Shown: positions 47,527 through 57,572 of the stretch, piece by piece
How positions within the stretch are numbered: position 1 is the stretch's first letter
Layout: the number at the start of each line of letters is the position of its first letter
Source: Candidatus Ozemobacteraceae bacterium
Lineage (GTDB): Bacteria > Muiribacteriota > Ozemobacteria > Ozemobacterales > Ozemobacteraceae
Reading direction: 5' to 3'
Length of the DNA: 64,000 bases
NCBI GenBank assembly: GCA_965140445.1
Contig: OZ223236.1
Location: 2,880,001 to 2,944,000, forward strand
Position numbers and translations under genes: made by a program
The notes under the pieces: model-generated
Databases searched by the model: none
Told to the model about the DNA's origin: nothing
Seen by the model: only the letters and a program-made list of their open reading frames with translations

Positions 47527-49239
47527 CTATCCTACAAGCAATTTGGTTTCAGGATAGCTGAATTTACCAGTATTGCTTTGGGTTCTAATCGAAAGGGCCA
47601 TGGTTAGAGGGCCGATACGGCCAATGAACATAAGAGTTATAATTAAGATTTTGCTGGCAGAACACAAACTACCAGTTATCCCGGTTGAAAGTCCTACCGT
47701 TGCAAAAGCTGAGAATGCTTCAAAAAGAAGATTAATTACAGGCTTGTCTTCAAGAAGTATTAACAGGAAGGAATAAATAAAAACAAGCCCTGCTGAAATA
47801 GCGGTAACTAAAAATGCTTTCAATACTGTATCGTAGGTAATTGTTCGACCTCTGTAAGTTACCTGGCTTTTTCCTCGCATTGTTGCATCCAGAAAAAGTA
47901 AAATGGTCGCCAGTGTTGTCGTTTTAACACCTCCGCCGGTTGAACCAGGGGAAGCTCCTATGAACATGAGAAGGCACATAAAAAACAATGTGCTGGTGCC
48001 TAACTTGGCAAAATCCACTGTGTTAAATCCAGCAGTTCTGGTTGTAACAGATTGAAACAGTGAAACAAGAATCTTTTGATTGAAAGAAAAATTACTCATT
48101 TCTGGAGATTTAAACTCAAGAGCAAAGATTACAATGGTTCCGAGAATTATCAAAAAGATTGTGGTTAAAACTACCATGTGAACGTGACATGAGAGCTTCC
48201 GTTGACTATAACCTGTGAAAAAACCGTTTAGTGCGCTGATTACGGTAAAGCCTATCCCTCCAGAGATAATTAAGCCTATTATAGTGAGGTTCACTACCGG
48301 ATCGACTGATAGACTGACAAAGCTGTCAGAGAAAACAGAGAATCCCGCATTACAAAACGCTGAAATAGAATGGAAAAAGCCTAAGAATAAGGATCTGAAA
48401 ACACTTACTTTCAGCAAAACGTAAAAACGGGCGCTTAAAATTATGGAGCCGGTTAACTCAATAGCAAAAGTCCAGAAAAAGATGTCTTTAAGAGTCTGTT
48501 TTAAACTTATAAAGTCAGATTGATCTAAAACGTTCTGCATTACATTACTTTGCGAAAGGGCCATTTTTCGGCCAACCAGCATGGAAACTCCTGCTGACAT
48601 GGTCATGATACCGAGGCCGCCGATCTGAATTAGAATCAGAATTACAATTTGTCCAAAAAAAGAGAAATAAGTTCCGGTATCTTCAACAATTAGCCCGGTT
48701 ACGCATACTGCAGATGTAGATGTGAAAATAGCGGTTAGCAAAGATGGCTGATGGCCAGGTGCTATTGAAACAGGCAAAACCAGAATGAATGCTCCGATAA
48801 GGCTTATTCCGATGAAGCTGAAAGCAAATAGTCGGGCAGGTTTCCTCGATATTGAACTGGCAAGATTTCGAAATGAATGAGAATTGTAATAACGATCAAA
48901 ATAATGAACAAATTGTCTTAATAAAAGAATATGGGCGGGATGTACCCCTCCGAAAGACATTGATAAAAGAGGGATGAAAAAAATCAAATCCAGATAGTGT
49001 TTTCCCAAATACGAAAGGATTGAGCTTGATAAAAATATTCCGGTAACAAGATAGGCAAAATAAATTCCAAAAATTGGAACAATAGCTGCTTCCTTAGTTG
49101 CAAGATAAAGCTGATCCGATCCAAGACTTGGGTCCAAAGCCATCAGCAAGAGCCCAAAAAAGGCTCCTGCATTCATTATCTTTCTGCAAGCTTTATAAAA
49201 GCTTTCTAGAAATGATGTTTTTTCTTCTACTTCTTTCAT
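47527..49239 (-). CDS. ktrB: TrkH/KtrB family potassium uptake membrane protein with N-terminal TM extension
   Basis: SAVCVTGL, SAFCNAGF, TRTAGF, SPGSTGGGVK, SAFATVGLS, GRIGPL. Confidence 0.93.
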   Translation of the reverse strand: MKEVEEKTSFLESFYKACRKIMNAGAFFGLLLMALDPSLGSDQLYLATKEAAIVPIFGIYFAYLVTGIFLSSSILSYLGKHYLDLIFFIPLLSMSFGGVHPAHILLLRQFVHYFDRYYNSHSFRNLASSISRKPARLFAFSFIGISLIGAFILVLPVSIAPGHQPSLLTAIFTSTSAVCVTGLIVEDTGTYFSFFGQIVILILIQIGGLGIMTMSAGVSMLVGRKMALSQSNVMQNVLDQSDFISLKQTLKDIFFWTFAIELTGSIILSARFYVLLKVSVFRSLFLGFFHSISAFCNAGFSVFSDSFVSLSVDPVVNLTIIGLIISGGIGFTVISALNGFFTGYSQRKLSCHVHMVVLTTIFLIILGTIVIFALEFKSPEMSNFSFNQKILVSLFQSVTTRTAGFNTVDFAKLGTSTLFFMCLLMFIGASPGSTGGGVKTTTLATILLFLDATMRGKSQVTYRGRTITYDTVLKAFLVTAISAGLVFIYSFLLILLEDKPVINLLFEAFSAFATVGLSTGITGSLCSASKILIITLMFIGRIGPLTMALSIRTQSNTGKFSYPETKLLVG

Positions 49240-49245
49240 CTACTT

Positions 49246-50493
49246 TTATTTGCTTAAACTTGTTATCTGATTCAAAAGATTAGTAACTTCTGTGGCTTCT
49301 GGATTTTTTAAAAGGAGATTATTACACAATTTTCTGGCATTAGGGAAGTCACCATACTGGAAATATGATTTAGCTAAAGCCATCCCGTTTTCATAAGATT
49401 TATCCGTAGAATAGAGTTCCTCCAGCTTTTTTAACCCTTTCTGTCCTTCACCAAGATAATACACCGATTTGAAATATTTCAAATTTGCGTCCAGACTTGC
49501 GGGGTTATTATCAATGGCTTTTTCAAAAAAAGTTTTGGCTCGGGCATAACTTCGGTTATCTAATTCAATAGAGCCAGCAAGAAGGTTGGCTTCAAACAAC
49601 TCTGGATTTTTCTTTAACAAAGCTTCGAGCTTTTTGAGTGCTTGATCCTGTTTCCCGTTTGAAACCAAAGACTTAGCCTCTTCTATAGCATCAGAAGAGA
49701 CTTTGCTAATTACTGGCTTTTGAACCAAAGGAATCTTTATGGATTTTCCAATAGGTTTGGAGTCCGGGATTCCAATTTTGGTTGGCGTTTTGCCAATCAG
49801 TTTATTTTTTTTTTCACCCTTATTGAGGGTTTCAATAAGAGTGTTTACTTTGTTATGAAAAGCTTGTGCGCTTGGCGATGTGTTTGGTGCCGGGGCAATC
49901 CCAAGGGATTTTTTTAGAAGTCCAATTTTGGCTTTAACATGTTTATCATCAATTGTAAGAGCCTTTTGATAGAACCTTTCTGCTAATCCTAATGCGGTTC
50001 CAGCTGGACCAGCAGGAACTTCTGCTATTTTTGCAGTTTTCATGGCTTCATCTGAATAGTTAGCTGTGAAAGTAATTGTGATATCAGTTATTCCAGATTT
50101 GTCTTTTTCAAAGCTGTCGATTTTGGCTTTGATTGATGTTTCACCTAATCTGGTTTCACCAATTTCTTGACCGGGCTTTATACTATTTGGAGATAGAGCT
50201 TTAGGAGCAAGAGTTGCTTTTTGGAGTTCTTTTCCACCTTTTAATGCAGAAAATTCAAAGGCTATTTCTTTAATATTGGCATTGTCGCCTTTTGCTTCCC
50301 ATTTCTCGATAAACTTAACCTGCAGTTTTGCAAGTTTTCCTGAGAAGGGGATACTTTCGGCAAATTCAGCTGTGGAGGGATGTGGATCATAGCTGAAAAG
50401 TCTTGAAAGAGTCTGGTCCGCAAAAGCAGCAACGCTTGCTGAAGCAAACATCGCAATGGTTATCGTTGTAAGCAATTTTTTTCTTATTTTCAT
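49246..50493 (-). CDS. Exported TPR protein
   Basis: GGAGG SD before ATG 50493; signal peptide ending AFA; C-terminal TPRs. Confidence 0.8.
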   Translation of the reverse strand: MKIRKKLLTTITIAMFASASVAAFADQTLSRLFSYDPHPSTAEFAESIPFSGKLAKLQVKFIEKWEAKGDNANIKEIAFEFSALKGGKELQKATLAPKALSPNSIKPGQEIGETRLGETSIKAKIDSFEKDKSGITDITITFTANYSDEAMKTAKIAEVPAGPAGTALGLAERFYQKALTIDDKHVKAKIGLLKKSLGIAPAPNTSPSAQAFHNKVNTLIETLNKGEKKNKLIGKTPTKIGIPDSKPIGKSIKIPLVQKPVISKVSSDAIEEAKSLVSNGKQDQALKKLEALLKKNPELFEANLLAGSIELDNRSYARAKTFFEKAIDNNPASLDANLKYFKSVYYLGEGQKGLKKLEELYSTDKSYENGMALAKSYFQYGDFPNARKLCNNLLLKNPEATEVTNLLNQITSLSK

Positions 50494-50569
50494 AATATAC
50501 CCTCCGTTGAAGGACAAAAATTTTTGTAAGAATACCAGATTGTGGCTATTTTACAAGCGCTAAATGGGG

Positions 50570-51175
50570 TTACTTTTTCTTAAAGTTTTGAGCGACAAGG
50601 AACAACTCTCTACTTCGGTTAAGTGAAGCTTTTGGATTAAAAGATTTTGCAAAACCAAAAAGACTTTTTGTTCTTTGCAGAAGTTCTTTATATTCAGCAC
50701 CCTCAAAAACCTTGGCTACAAACGATCCATTGGGTTTTAAAAGTTTCTCTGCCATATCAAGGGCAAGGTGAACCAATTGTGCTGAATTTTCTGTGTCAGC
50801 ATAATGAACGCCCGTGGTATCAGGAGCCATATCGCTCAGGATTACATCAAGACCATTACCAGACTTGCTAATAATCAATTCCTGGTTCTCAGGAGATCTA
50901 ATGTCGCCTTCTATTATGAATACACCCTCAATTTCATCAATGGGGAGCAAGTCGATAGCGATAACCTTGCCTCTTCCTTTTAAAGCTCTTACGGCGTATT
51001 GACTCCAGCTTCCAGGCGCTGCACCAAGATCAAGAATTGAATGACCAGGTTTAAGTATTTTATACTTCTGGTCAATCTCTTCAAGCTTGTATGCCGCTCT
51101 GGATCTAAAGGCTTCTTGTCTTGATTTTTTCAGAAAATGATCATTTAATCTATTTTTAAACCAGGCTTTAGCCAT
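50570..51175 (-). CDS. rlmE: 23S rRNA Um2552 methyltransferase RlmE
   Basis: RSRAAYKL, LDLGAAPGSWSQ, SDMAP, FVAKVF. Confidence 0.96.
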   Translation of the reverse strand: MAKAWFKNRLNDHFLKKSRQEAFRSRAAYKLEEIDQKYKILKPGHSILDLGAAPGSWSQYAVRALKGRGKVIAIDLLPIDEIEGVFIIEGDIRSPENQELIISKSGNGLDVILSDMAPDTTGVHYADTENSAQLVHLALDMAEKLLKPNGSFVAKVFEGAEYKELLQRTKSLFGFAKSFNPKASLNRSRELFLVAQNFKKK

Positions 51176-52824
51176 TATTCTAACGAGACTTCCTTTAATT
51201 TGGTGTTAATCATACGTGGCGCTGGTCTGGTTTTTATAACCTTTTCAGCTTTAATTTTATTTAAAAGCGCATCTCTAACCTTTAAATCTGTTTTGCTTCT
51301 GTTTTTAAATGGTTTTAGATATGTATAACCGTCACCGCCGTTAGCAAGAAAATCATTTAAAGCAACTTTATAAACTTTATTTACATCTAAAGTTTGACCA
51401 TCAAGAAATTCTAATTTCTCAATTCTCTTCATTGGTTCGTTTTCTGGATTAAAAGTAATTTTCAAGTTTGACGGAAGAAGGTAGCCATAGTTATACCCGA
51501 CGAGTCTGCGAAGACCTTCTGCTTTGGTATTGAAGTGATCTATAGCATATTGTTTGTCTTCATCATTCATTGGCTCAAACGGATTCGATAATGATCTTTC
51601 GATAAGATCCAAAAGCTCGGTTCCAGTCATGTTTAATATTTCAACTGTATTGTCAAAGGGTTGAACTTTAAAAACGCTTTCTACAGTAATATCACCTTTA
51701 AACAAAGGCTGTCTTACTCCACCAAAGTTTATGAAAGCAACGTCAGCTTTTGTGCCTTCACGCATCGCATCTGCTATGGTTGATCCCAGGGTGGATTCTC
51801 CACCGTTTATTCCTCTGAACAAGTTTACTTCGGATTTGCCTATTACCTGTTCCATTTCTTTTCGGATTTCTGAAAGATATGAATCCTCAACCTTTAAAAC
51901 TTCCTTATCCTGTCCAAAGTCACTCAAATATAGAGATTTTGAATCTAAAGAAAGCTTGGGCTCCGCATCTTTTGCAACTTCCAGAGTAATAACGGAGGCA
52001 TATTCACAGTGGTAACCAGAATGAACTATGGCAGTATTCCAGGGACCTTCGTAAACAATCTCCTTTTTTAAGGAATGTGAATGGCCGCCCAGAATAAGGT
52101 TTATTCCTTCAACTGAATTTGCAAATTTAATGTCGTTATCGTAGCCGAGGTGAGATAAAAGAACGATGTAATCTATTCCTGCAGCTTTCATTTGCTTTAC
52201 AATTTTTTTAACAATTGGAATCGGGTTTTTGAATTCAACTTCTCTGACATTCTTTTCAATGGACATCATTGCTGTTTCAGGGGTGTCGATCCCTATTATT
52301 CCAATTTTTATACCATTGTGTGAAAATACTTTATATGGCTTTGTAAAATCAGGGATTTTGCCAGTCTTCTTTTCATACACATTGGAGCAAAGAATATCAA
52401 ATTCAGCATTTTTAAACTGATTTTTGAGATTGTTAAATGAATAATCAAATTCGTGATTTCCAAGGGTTACAGCATCTGTTTCCATGAGGTTGAGCATTTT
52501 TATCATGACTTCACCTCTGGTTCTGTCAACTACTGGTGTACCCTGAAAAAAGTCGCCACTGTCAAAATACAAAACTCTGGCTTCAGGATTATTCTTTATA
52601 ATATTACTCTTTAGCTGCTTCAAGATTGCATAACCACCAATTAAAGGTTTTGGGTCTTCCTTTGAAATCGGGTCTGGATGTGCGGAAATGTTTCCATGAA
52701 CATCACTGGTATGCAAAATCACAAATTTAGCTTGTGAAGCTCCTACAGAGGATACTGCTAATAATAAAATCAGTAGGGTGTAAAAAATTGGGTGGCAAAA
52801 TGGGTTTCTTCTATTCCAATCCAT
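51175..52824 (-). CDS. Exported bifunctional metallophosphatase / 5'-nucleotidase
   Basis: HTSDVHG, DSGDFFQG, GNHEFD, LSHLG, GGHSH, NFGGVR, FLANGGDGY. Confidence 0.93.
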   Translation of the reverse strand: MDWNRRNPFCHPIFYTLLILLLAVSSVGASQAKFVILHTSDVHGNISAHPDPISKEDPKPLIGGYAILKQLKSNIIKNNPEARVLYFDSGDFFQGTPVVDRTRGEVMIKMLNLMETDAVTLGNHEFDYSFNNLKNQFKNAEFDILCSNVYEKKTGKIPDFTKPYKVFSHNGIKIGIIGIDTPETAMMSIEKNVREVEFKNPIPIVKKIVKQMKAAGIDYIVLLSHLGYDNDIKFANSVEGINLILGGHSHSLKKEIVYEGPWNTAIVHSGYHCEYASVITLEVAKDAEPKLSLDSKSLYLSDFGQDKEVLKVEDSYLSEIRKEMEQVIGKSEVNLFRGINGGESTLGSTIADAMREGTKADVAFINFGGVRQPLFKGDITVESVFKVQPFDNTVEILNMTGTELLDLIERSLSNPFEPMNDEDKQYAIDHFNTKAEGLRRLVGYNYGYLLPSNLKITFNPENEPMKRIEKLEFLDGQTLDVNKVYKVALNDFLANGGDGYTYLKPFKNRSKTDLKVRDALLNKIKAEKVIKTRPAPRMINTKLKEVSLE

Positions 52825-52856
52825 TGATATATATTCTCCTGGATATTTTTATCTAT

Positions 52857-53117
52857 TTATAGGGTCTGTTCGATTGTGTCTGCTTCAATGACCATTTCTA
52901 TATGGCTTTTGTTTAACGAAATAAAGCCTGCTTTATGGGTTCTGTTTATCCTTAAATCTGTTAAAACAGCATTGGTAATTGGTAGGAAATCCTTTGAAAT
53001 GTTTTCAGTATTCAGAATATCCGAAAGTCGACTGTTTTCGTAAAGGTGTATTTCACCCTGGATTTTATGGTGAGGAGTGTAAATAACCACTCTAATTTGA
53101 TCTTTTCTGGATTTCAT
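52857..53117 (-). CDS. Small beta protein, DUF6812-like
   Basis: AAGGAG SD before ATG 53117; IQGEIHL..RLSDILN..FLPITNA..LNKSHI. Confidence 0.7.
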   Translation of the reverse strand: MKSRKDQIRVVIYTPHHKIQGEIHLYENSRLSDILNTENISKDFLPITNAVLTDLRINRTHKAGFISLNKSHIEMVIEADTIEQTL

Positions 53118-53127
53118 TTTGATCTCC

Positions 53128-54513
53128 TTAAATTTCTGCAAACCTGCCTTCTGCTTCTGCTAGGACAATTCCATCAAGTGTCATAACAGAGCTTCTGGCA
53201 AAATGTAAGTGTTTTCTTTGTCCAACTCTTGTTGCTGCTATTTTTAGCGGAACTCCAACTGGGGCTGGACGTAAAAACCTTACTCTCAGTTCAGCTGTAA
53301 CAGCTAAAGTATCATTACCCATAACCGCATAGGCCATGGATTCATCAAGCAATGTGCTGAGAATTCCTCCGTGGACGATTCCGGCATAGCCTTGAAAAGC
53401 CGGGCCTGGAGTCCATGTGAATGTGCATGTATGGCCCTCAACACCTTCTTTAACCTGAAGATTGAGGCCTAAAGAATTCTTTGGTCCACAAACAAAACAA
53501 TGCTGGTTATCAATTAAATTTAAGCCCGTGGAATTTCTTTTCTCCACAAGCTTTTTTATATGATTCATTGCTTCGCTGATTTTGGGTCTATTTAGTGCTG
53601 AAGGAGTGGTCAGAGAGTAACGTTCAAATAAATGAACATTCTTTTTTTCAAGCCGGGCTTTCATGGTGTCAAAACTTGGAATATCAAAGTTTTCGTAGCA
53701 TGGGTCGCCTGTGATTATTGGTACAGAGCCAAGATCATTCAGGCCCGCTTCCACTAAGTCAGGGTATTTTGAAAACAAATATGGCGGAACCGAGAGATGA
53801 TGAACAGGGAAAACCTCTTTGGCAATGGTTACAGCTTTTTTTACTGCATCAAATGACAAAGGCGGTCTCTTTTCCATTGCACAGCCTCGTGTAGGCTGAA
53901 ACGGAACTATTCTAACATCTTGTAATTGTGGATCAGCAGTGCAGTAACGTCCAATTTCCTTAATGAACGCCTGTCGCTCATCAGCAGTTTCTCCAAGCCC
54001 TATAACAAATCTAACAGAATAGGGGATATGGGCAGAATGTAAGGCTTCTATGGAAGCTTTACCTGCACTGGGATTATGTGATCGAGCTTTTTCCAAAGCC
54101 ATGTCTTTGCCGGATAAAGAGCTGCAAACCAGGTCTAAACGAACAGAACAACCGGCTTCTGTAAGTCTTTGAGCTGAAAAAGAGTCAAGATACCCAACGG
54201 AAAGAACTGGAGAAAGCCCTTCTTCAAGAGCAAGTTCACATGCTTTTAGAAGAAACTCGGTATAAGATGAGAATCCATTTCGGTGAAGATCAATTTGAAT
54301 ATGGGGATATTCCTGTGGATTTTCGCCCGAAAGCAAAATGACTTCAGTTGCATGCCTTTTGGAAATTTCTGATAGTTTAACCTTTAAATCTTCTATTGAA
54401 ATGAGTGGCGAATCGTCCGTTTTATAGGAACAAAATCCGCAACTCAAGTGGCATGTTCTGGTCAACTCAACGTAAGAACTATATATATATGATATTGAAG
54501 CGCCTTTATTCAT
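53128..54513 (-). CDS. CofG-like radical SAM protein fused to a PaaI/hotdog thioesterase
   Basis: LTRTCHLSCGFC (CX3CX2C), SGENP, IGLGET, VPP, GLNDLG; C-terminal CFVCGPKN..HGGILSTLLDESM..LRVRFLRP. Confidence 0.8.
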   Translation of the reverse strand: MNKGASISYIYSSYVELTRTCHLSCGFCSYKTDDSPLISIEDLKVKLSEISKRHATEVILLSGENPQEYPHIQIDLHRNGFSSYTEFLLKACELALEEGLSPVLSVGYLDSFSAQRLTEAGCSVRLDLVCSSLSGKDMALEKARSHNPSAGKASIEALHSAHIPYSVRFVIGLGETADERQAFIKEIGRYCTADPQLQDVRIVPFQPTRGCAMEKRPPLSFDAVKKAVTIAKEVFPVHHLSVPPYLFSKYPDLVEAGLNDLGSVPIITGDPCYENFDIPSFDTMKARLEKKNVHLFERYSLTTPSALNRPKISEAMNHIKKLVEKRNSTGLNLIDNQHCFVCGPKNSLGLNLQVKEGVEGHTCTFTWTPGPAFQGYAGIVHGGILSTLLDESMAYAVMGNDTLAVTAELRVRFLRPAPVGVPLKIAATRVGQRKHLHFARSSVMTLDGIVLAEAEGRFAEI

Positions 54514-54520
54514 GTATATT

Positions 54521-54548
54521 AGATTACCACAACCAAAAAAAAAATCAA
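54521..54548 (-). promoter_or_regulatory. sigma70 promoter, leaderless
   Basis: TTGATT-N16-TAATCT (TGn) -7 nt-ATG(54513); no SD. Confidence 0.5.
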
Positions 54549-54561
54549 TGAGACAAAAAAA

Positions 54562-55644
54562 ATGGAACCTTTAAAAGATAAAAGAGTCTATACTTTTGAA
54601 AAAAACATGAAAGGCAAATTGGGGATGCATACAAAAACTAGAATTTTAACAATTTTAGCCTCTGGAATTTTTCTTCTATTGTTTTCGTCTTTTCAGCCTG
54701 CAGCCTGCTATGGGTTCAATGTTCAGGCAACAGTAGACAAGGACGAAGTGGTTTTTGGCGATTCGGTTAATCTGACCGTGGTTTTTAGTTACGATTTAAA
54801 CAGCGGAGGAAGTAATCAGATTAGCGTTCCCAGAATCAACCAGATTCCCGGTTTTGATATAGCTGGAACAAGAACAGCTCAAAGTCAGCAATGGGTTAAC
54901 GGGGTGGGGGTCTTACAGTATCAGATGCTTTTTGAATTGGTTCCGCAAAAAGAAGGAGAGGCTTTAATTCCAGCTTTTGCTGTAACCGGCCCAGATGGAA
55001 AAACATACAGCACTAATGCAATCCCTATCAAAGTAGGCCCACCTGAAGCAGAACCAGCGGCGGTAGCAGCGGAAGACAGCAGACCAGAAGACCAGAGCTC
55101 CGGAATTTTTAAAGGTCTTCTCCTGTTCGGTGTTTTTATTGCAATGATTGTAGCGGTTCCGCTTTTAATTTCGGCTTTTATGAATCGTCGTGTAAAACCT
55201 TCCAGCCGATGGGCGGATGAGGAGTTAAATTCTTCTCTAAGCAAGCGGACTGAGGCAGCTTCCAGAAACAGGATTGAGGATGCTGATGTGATTGCAGATA
55301 AAAAGGAAGAAATTAAGGCAAAAAGAACTGAAAAAGTTGATTTTCATAAAGACTTGGAAAAGCTTTTAAAGGAATCCGCTGATAAGGACATAAAATTTTA
55401 TAAAAGCTTTTTTGACTTGTTCAGAGGAGCACTTGTAACTTCCAGCACAATTTATAGAGAAGAAATGACCCCTGATGAATTAATGAAAAAGACTGTTGAG
55501 GCAAACAGATCCACTCAGGTTGCAGAAGCTGTTTTAAGGTTGTCAGAGGATCTTGAAATGGTTTCCTTTGCCGGCGCGGTTCCAGAAAGAAGTTTCGGGG
55601 CGATTTTAGATGATGCGAAATCAATTTTAAGTAGCGTTGATTGA
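54562..55644 (+). CDS. BatD-like protein (short form); true start may be 54607 or 54625
   Basis: Signal peptide; ATVDKDEVVFGDSVNLTV, WVNG, LVPQKEG..IPAF; TM; first gene of the MoxR operon. Confidence 0.75.
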   Translation: MEPLKDKRVYTFEKNMKGKLGMHTKTRILTILASGIFLLLFSSFQPAACYGFNVQATVDKDEVVFGDSVNLTVVFSYDLNSGGSNQISVPRINQIPGFDIAGTRTAQSQQWVNGVGVLQYQMLFELVPQKEGEALIPAFAVTGPDGKTYSTNAIPIKVGPPEAEPAAVAAEDSRPEDQSSGIFKGLLLFGVFIAMIVAVPLLISAFMNRRVKPSSRWADEELNSSLSKRTEAASRNRIEDADVIADKKEEIKAKRTEKVDFHKDLEKLLKESADKDIKFYKSFFDLFRGALVTSSTIYREEMTPDELMKKTVEANRSTQVAEAVLRLSEDLEMVSFAGAVPERSFGAILDDAKSILSSVD

Positions 55645-55660
55645 AATCAGGAGAAGAAAA

Positions 55661-56659
55661 ATGAATAACAATAATGAAGCCATAAAAGAAAGAATTAAAT
55701 CAGCGGGAGAAAAAATTGAAGAAATAAAAAAGGAAGTCAGAAAAGTCCTTGTTGGACAAAATGATTTGCTTGAAAGTCTAATTCTGGCTCTTATTTCTGA
55801 TGGTCACATATTGCTGGAAGGTGTACCAGGGCTGGCGAAAACCCTGGCTATCAAGGCACTGGCAAGAACTGTAAAAACAGGATTTTCCCGAATTCAGTTT
55901 ACTCCTGATTTATTACCAGCTGATTTGATCGGAACCAGAATTTTCAATCCGAAAAACTCTGAATTTCAGACCCATAAAGGCCCAATTTTTTCAAATTTCA
56001 TTCTTGCAGATGAAATAAATCGTGCCCCTGCCAAAGTGCAAAGTGCGTTGCTTGAATCAATGGAAGAACGTCAGGTCACAATTGAGCATGAAACTTTCAA
56101 ATTGCAGGAGCCTTTTCTTGTATTGGCCACCCAGAACCCGATTGAAACAGAAGGAACATACACCCTTTCTGAAGCACAGGTAGACCGATTCCTGCTTAAA
56201 GTTGTCGTGAATTATCCTGGATTTGAAGAAGAAAGAGCGATAATTGAAAGAATGGGGCTGGCGCAGAAAACCCACGGAGTTGAGATTGTAAATGAAGTCA
56301 TAGACGAAAAAGGCATAATTGAGTTACGCACATTAGCCAATGAAATCTATGTTGATGAAAAAGTGATTGAATACATTTTAAGGATTGTTGATGCAACCAG
56401 AAATCCTGAAAAATATGGTTTGGATCTTAAAAGCTATATTCGCTATGGAGCTTCTCCGCGTGCATCAATCTATCTTGCAAGAGCTGCCAGAAGCCGTGCG
56501 CTTATGTCCGGTAGATATTATGTGAAACCTGATGATATCAAGGCCATTCTGTTGGATATTCTTAGACACAGAGTAATTCCAACCTATGAAGCAGAAGCCG
56601 ATGATATTGATTCCACTGAACTTGTAAAAAGAATAATGGACGGAGTTCCCGTTCCTTGA
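55661..56659 (+). CDS. moxR: MoxR family AAA+ ATPase
   Basis: GHILLEGVPGLAKT, RIQFTPDLLPAD, LADEINRAPAKVQSALL, ATQNPIE, GASPRA. Confidence 0.96.
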   Translation: MNNNNEAIKERIKSAGEKIEEIKKEVRKVLVGQNDLLESLILALISDGHILLEGVPGLAKTLAIKALARTVKTGFSRIQFTPDLLPADLIGTRIFNPKNSEFQTHKGPIFSNFILADEINRAPAKVQSALLESMEERQVTIEHETFKLQEPFLVLATQNPIETEGTYTLSEAQVDRFLLKVVVNYPGFEEERAIIERMGLAQKTHGVEIVNEVIDEKGIIELRTLANEIYVDEKVIEYILRIVDATRNPEKYGLDLKSYIRYGASPRASIYLARAARSRALMSGRYYVKPDDIKAILLDILRHRVIPTYEAEADDIDSTELVKRIMDGVPVP

Positions 56660-56667
56660 GGTAAATC

Positions 56668-57558
56668 ATGTTACCAAAAGAACTTTTAAGAGAAGTAAAA
56701 AAAATTGAAATAAGGACCAAACATCTGGTCAATTCAATTTACGCTGGTGGATATCGTTCTGTTTTTAAGGGCAGAGGGATTGAATTCGCTGGAATCCGTG
56801 AATATTACCGGGGTGATGAGTTTCGTTCAATTGATTGGAAAGTCACTGCCAGAAGTGGAGATTTTCACGTAAGAGAGCACATTGAAGAAAGGGAATTGCA
56901 GGTCATCGTGGCTCTGGATTTATCCGCTTCTATGGCCTTTGGTTCCGGGGCCAAGGAAAAAAGAGAAAGCGCGGTTGAGTTTGCGGCTGCTATGAGCATG
57001 GCTGCTGAAAGAAATAATGACCGAGTTGGAGTCTGCTTGTTCACCGATGAAGTTGAAAAGTTTGTCCAGCCAGCCAAGGGGAAAACTCATATTTTGCGAT
57101 TAATTCGCGATCTGCTTTATTTCATTCCCAAAAACAAAAAAACCAACTTAAAAGCTCCGCTGGACTTTATTAATAAGTATTTAACGCGCAGATCTGTTAT
57201 TTTCCTTGTCACTGATGCTATCAACCTTTCCAACTATGAGAAGGAGTTAAACATAACTTCCGCCCGTCATGATCTCATTATCACCATGATTAATGATAAA
57301 CGTGAAAAGGAGATTCCTGATCTTGGCCTTATTGAGGTTGAAGATCCTGAAACTGGCGAGGAATTTATTATGGATACCAGTGATAAAAAGGCGATGGAGC
57401 AGTTTATCAGCCTTAATGATTCGGTAAGCAATGAGTTTATTCAAAAATGTAGGAAAAGGGGAATCGACATTCTTCAGTTAACCGCAGGTGAGTCAGTAGT
57501 AAAGCCGATTTGTAGACTTTTCGCACAACGCGAGAAACGGCAATCCTCCGGTAAATAA
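56668..57558 (+). CDS. DUF58 domain (VWA-like) protein
   Basis: FKGRGIEF..REY..IDWKVTAR, EERE, DLSASM. Confidence 0.93.
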   Translation: MLPKELLREVKKIEIRTKHLVNSIYAGGYRSVFKGRGIEFAGIREYYRGDEFRSIDWKVTARSGDFHVREHIEERELQVIVALDLSASMAFGSGAKEKRESAVEFAAAMSMAAERNNDRVGVCLFTDEVEKFVQPAKGKTHILRLIRDLLYFIPKNKKTNLKAPLDFINKYLTRRSVIFLVTDAINLSNYEKELNITSARHDLIITMINDKREKEIPDLGLIEVEDPETGEEFIMDTSDKKAMEQFISLNDSVSNEFIQKCRKRGIDILQLTAGESVVKPICRLFAQREKRQSSGK

Positions 57559-57572
57559 AGCAAGAGGTTAAT

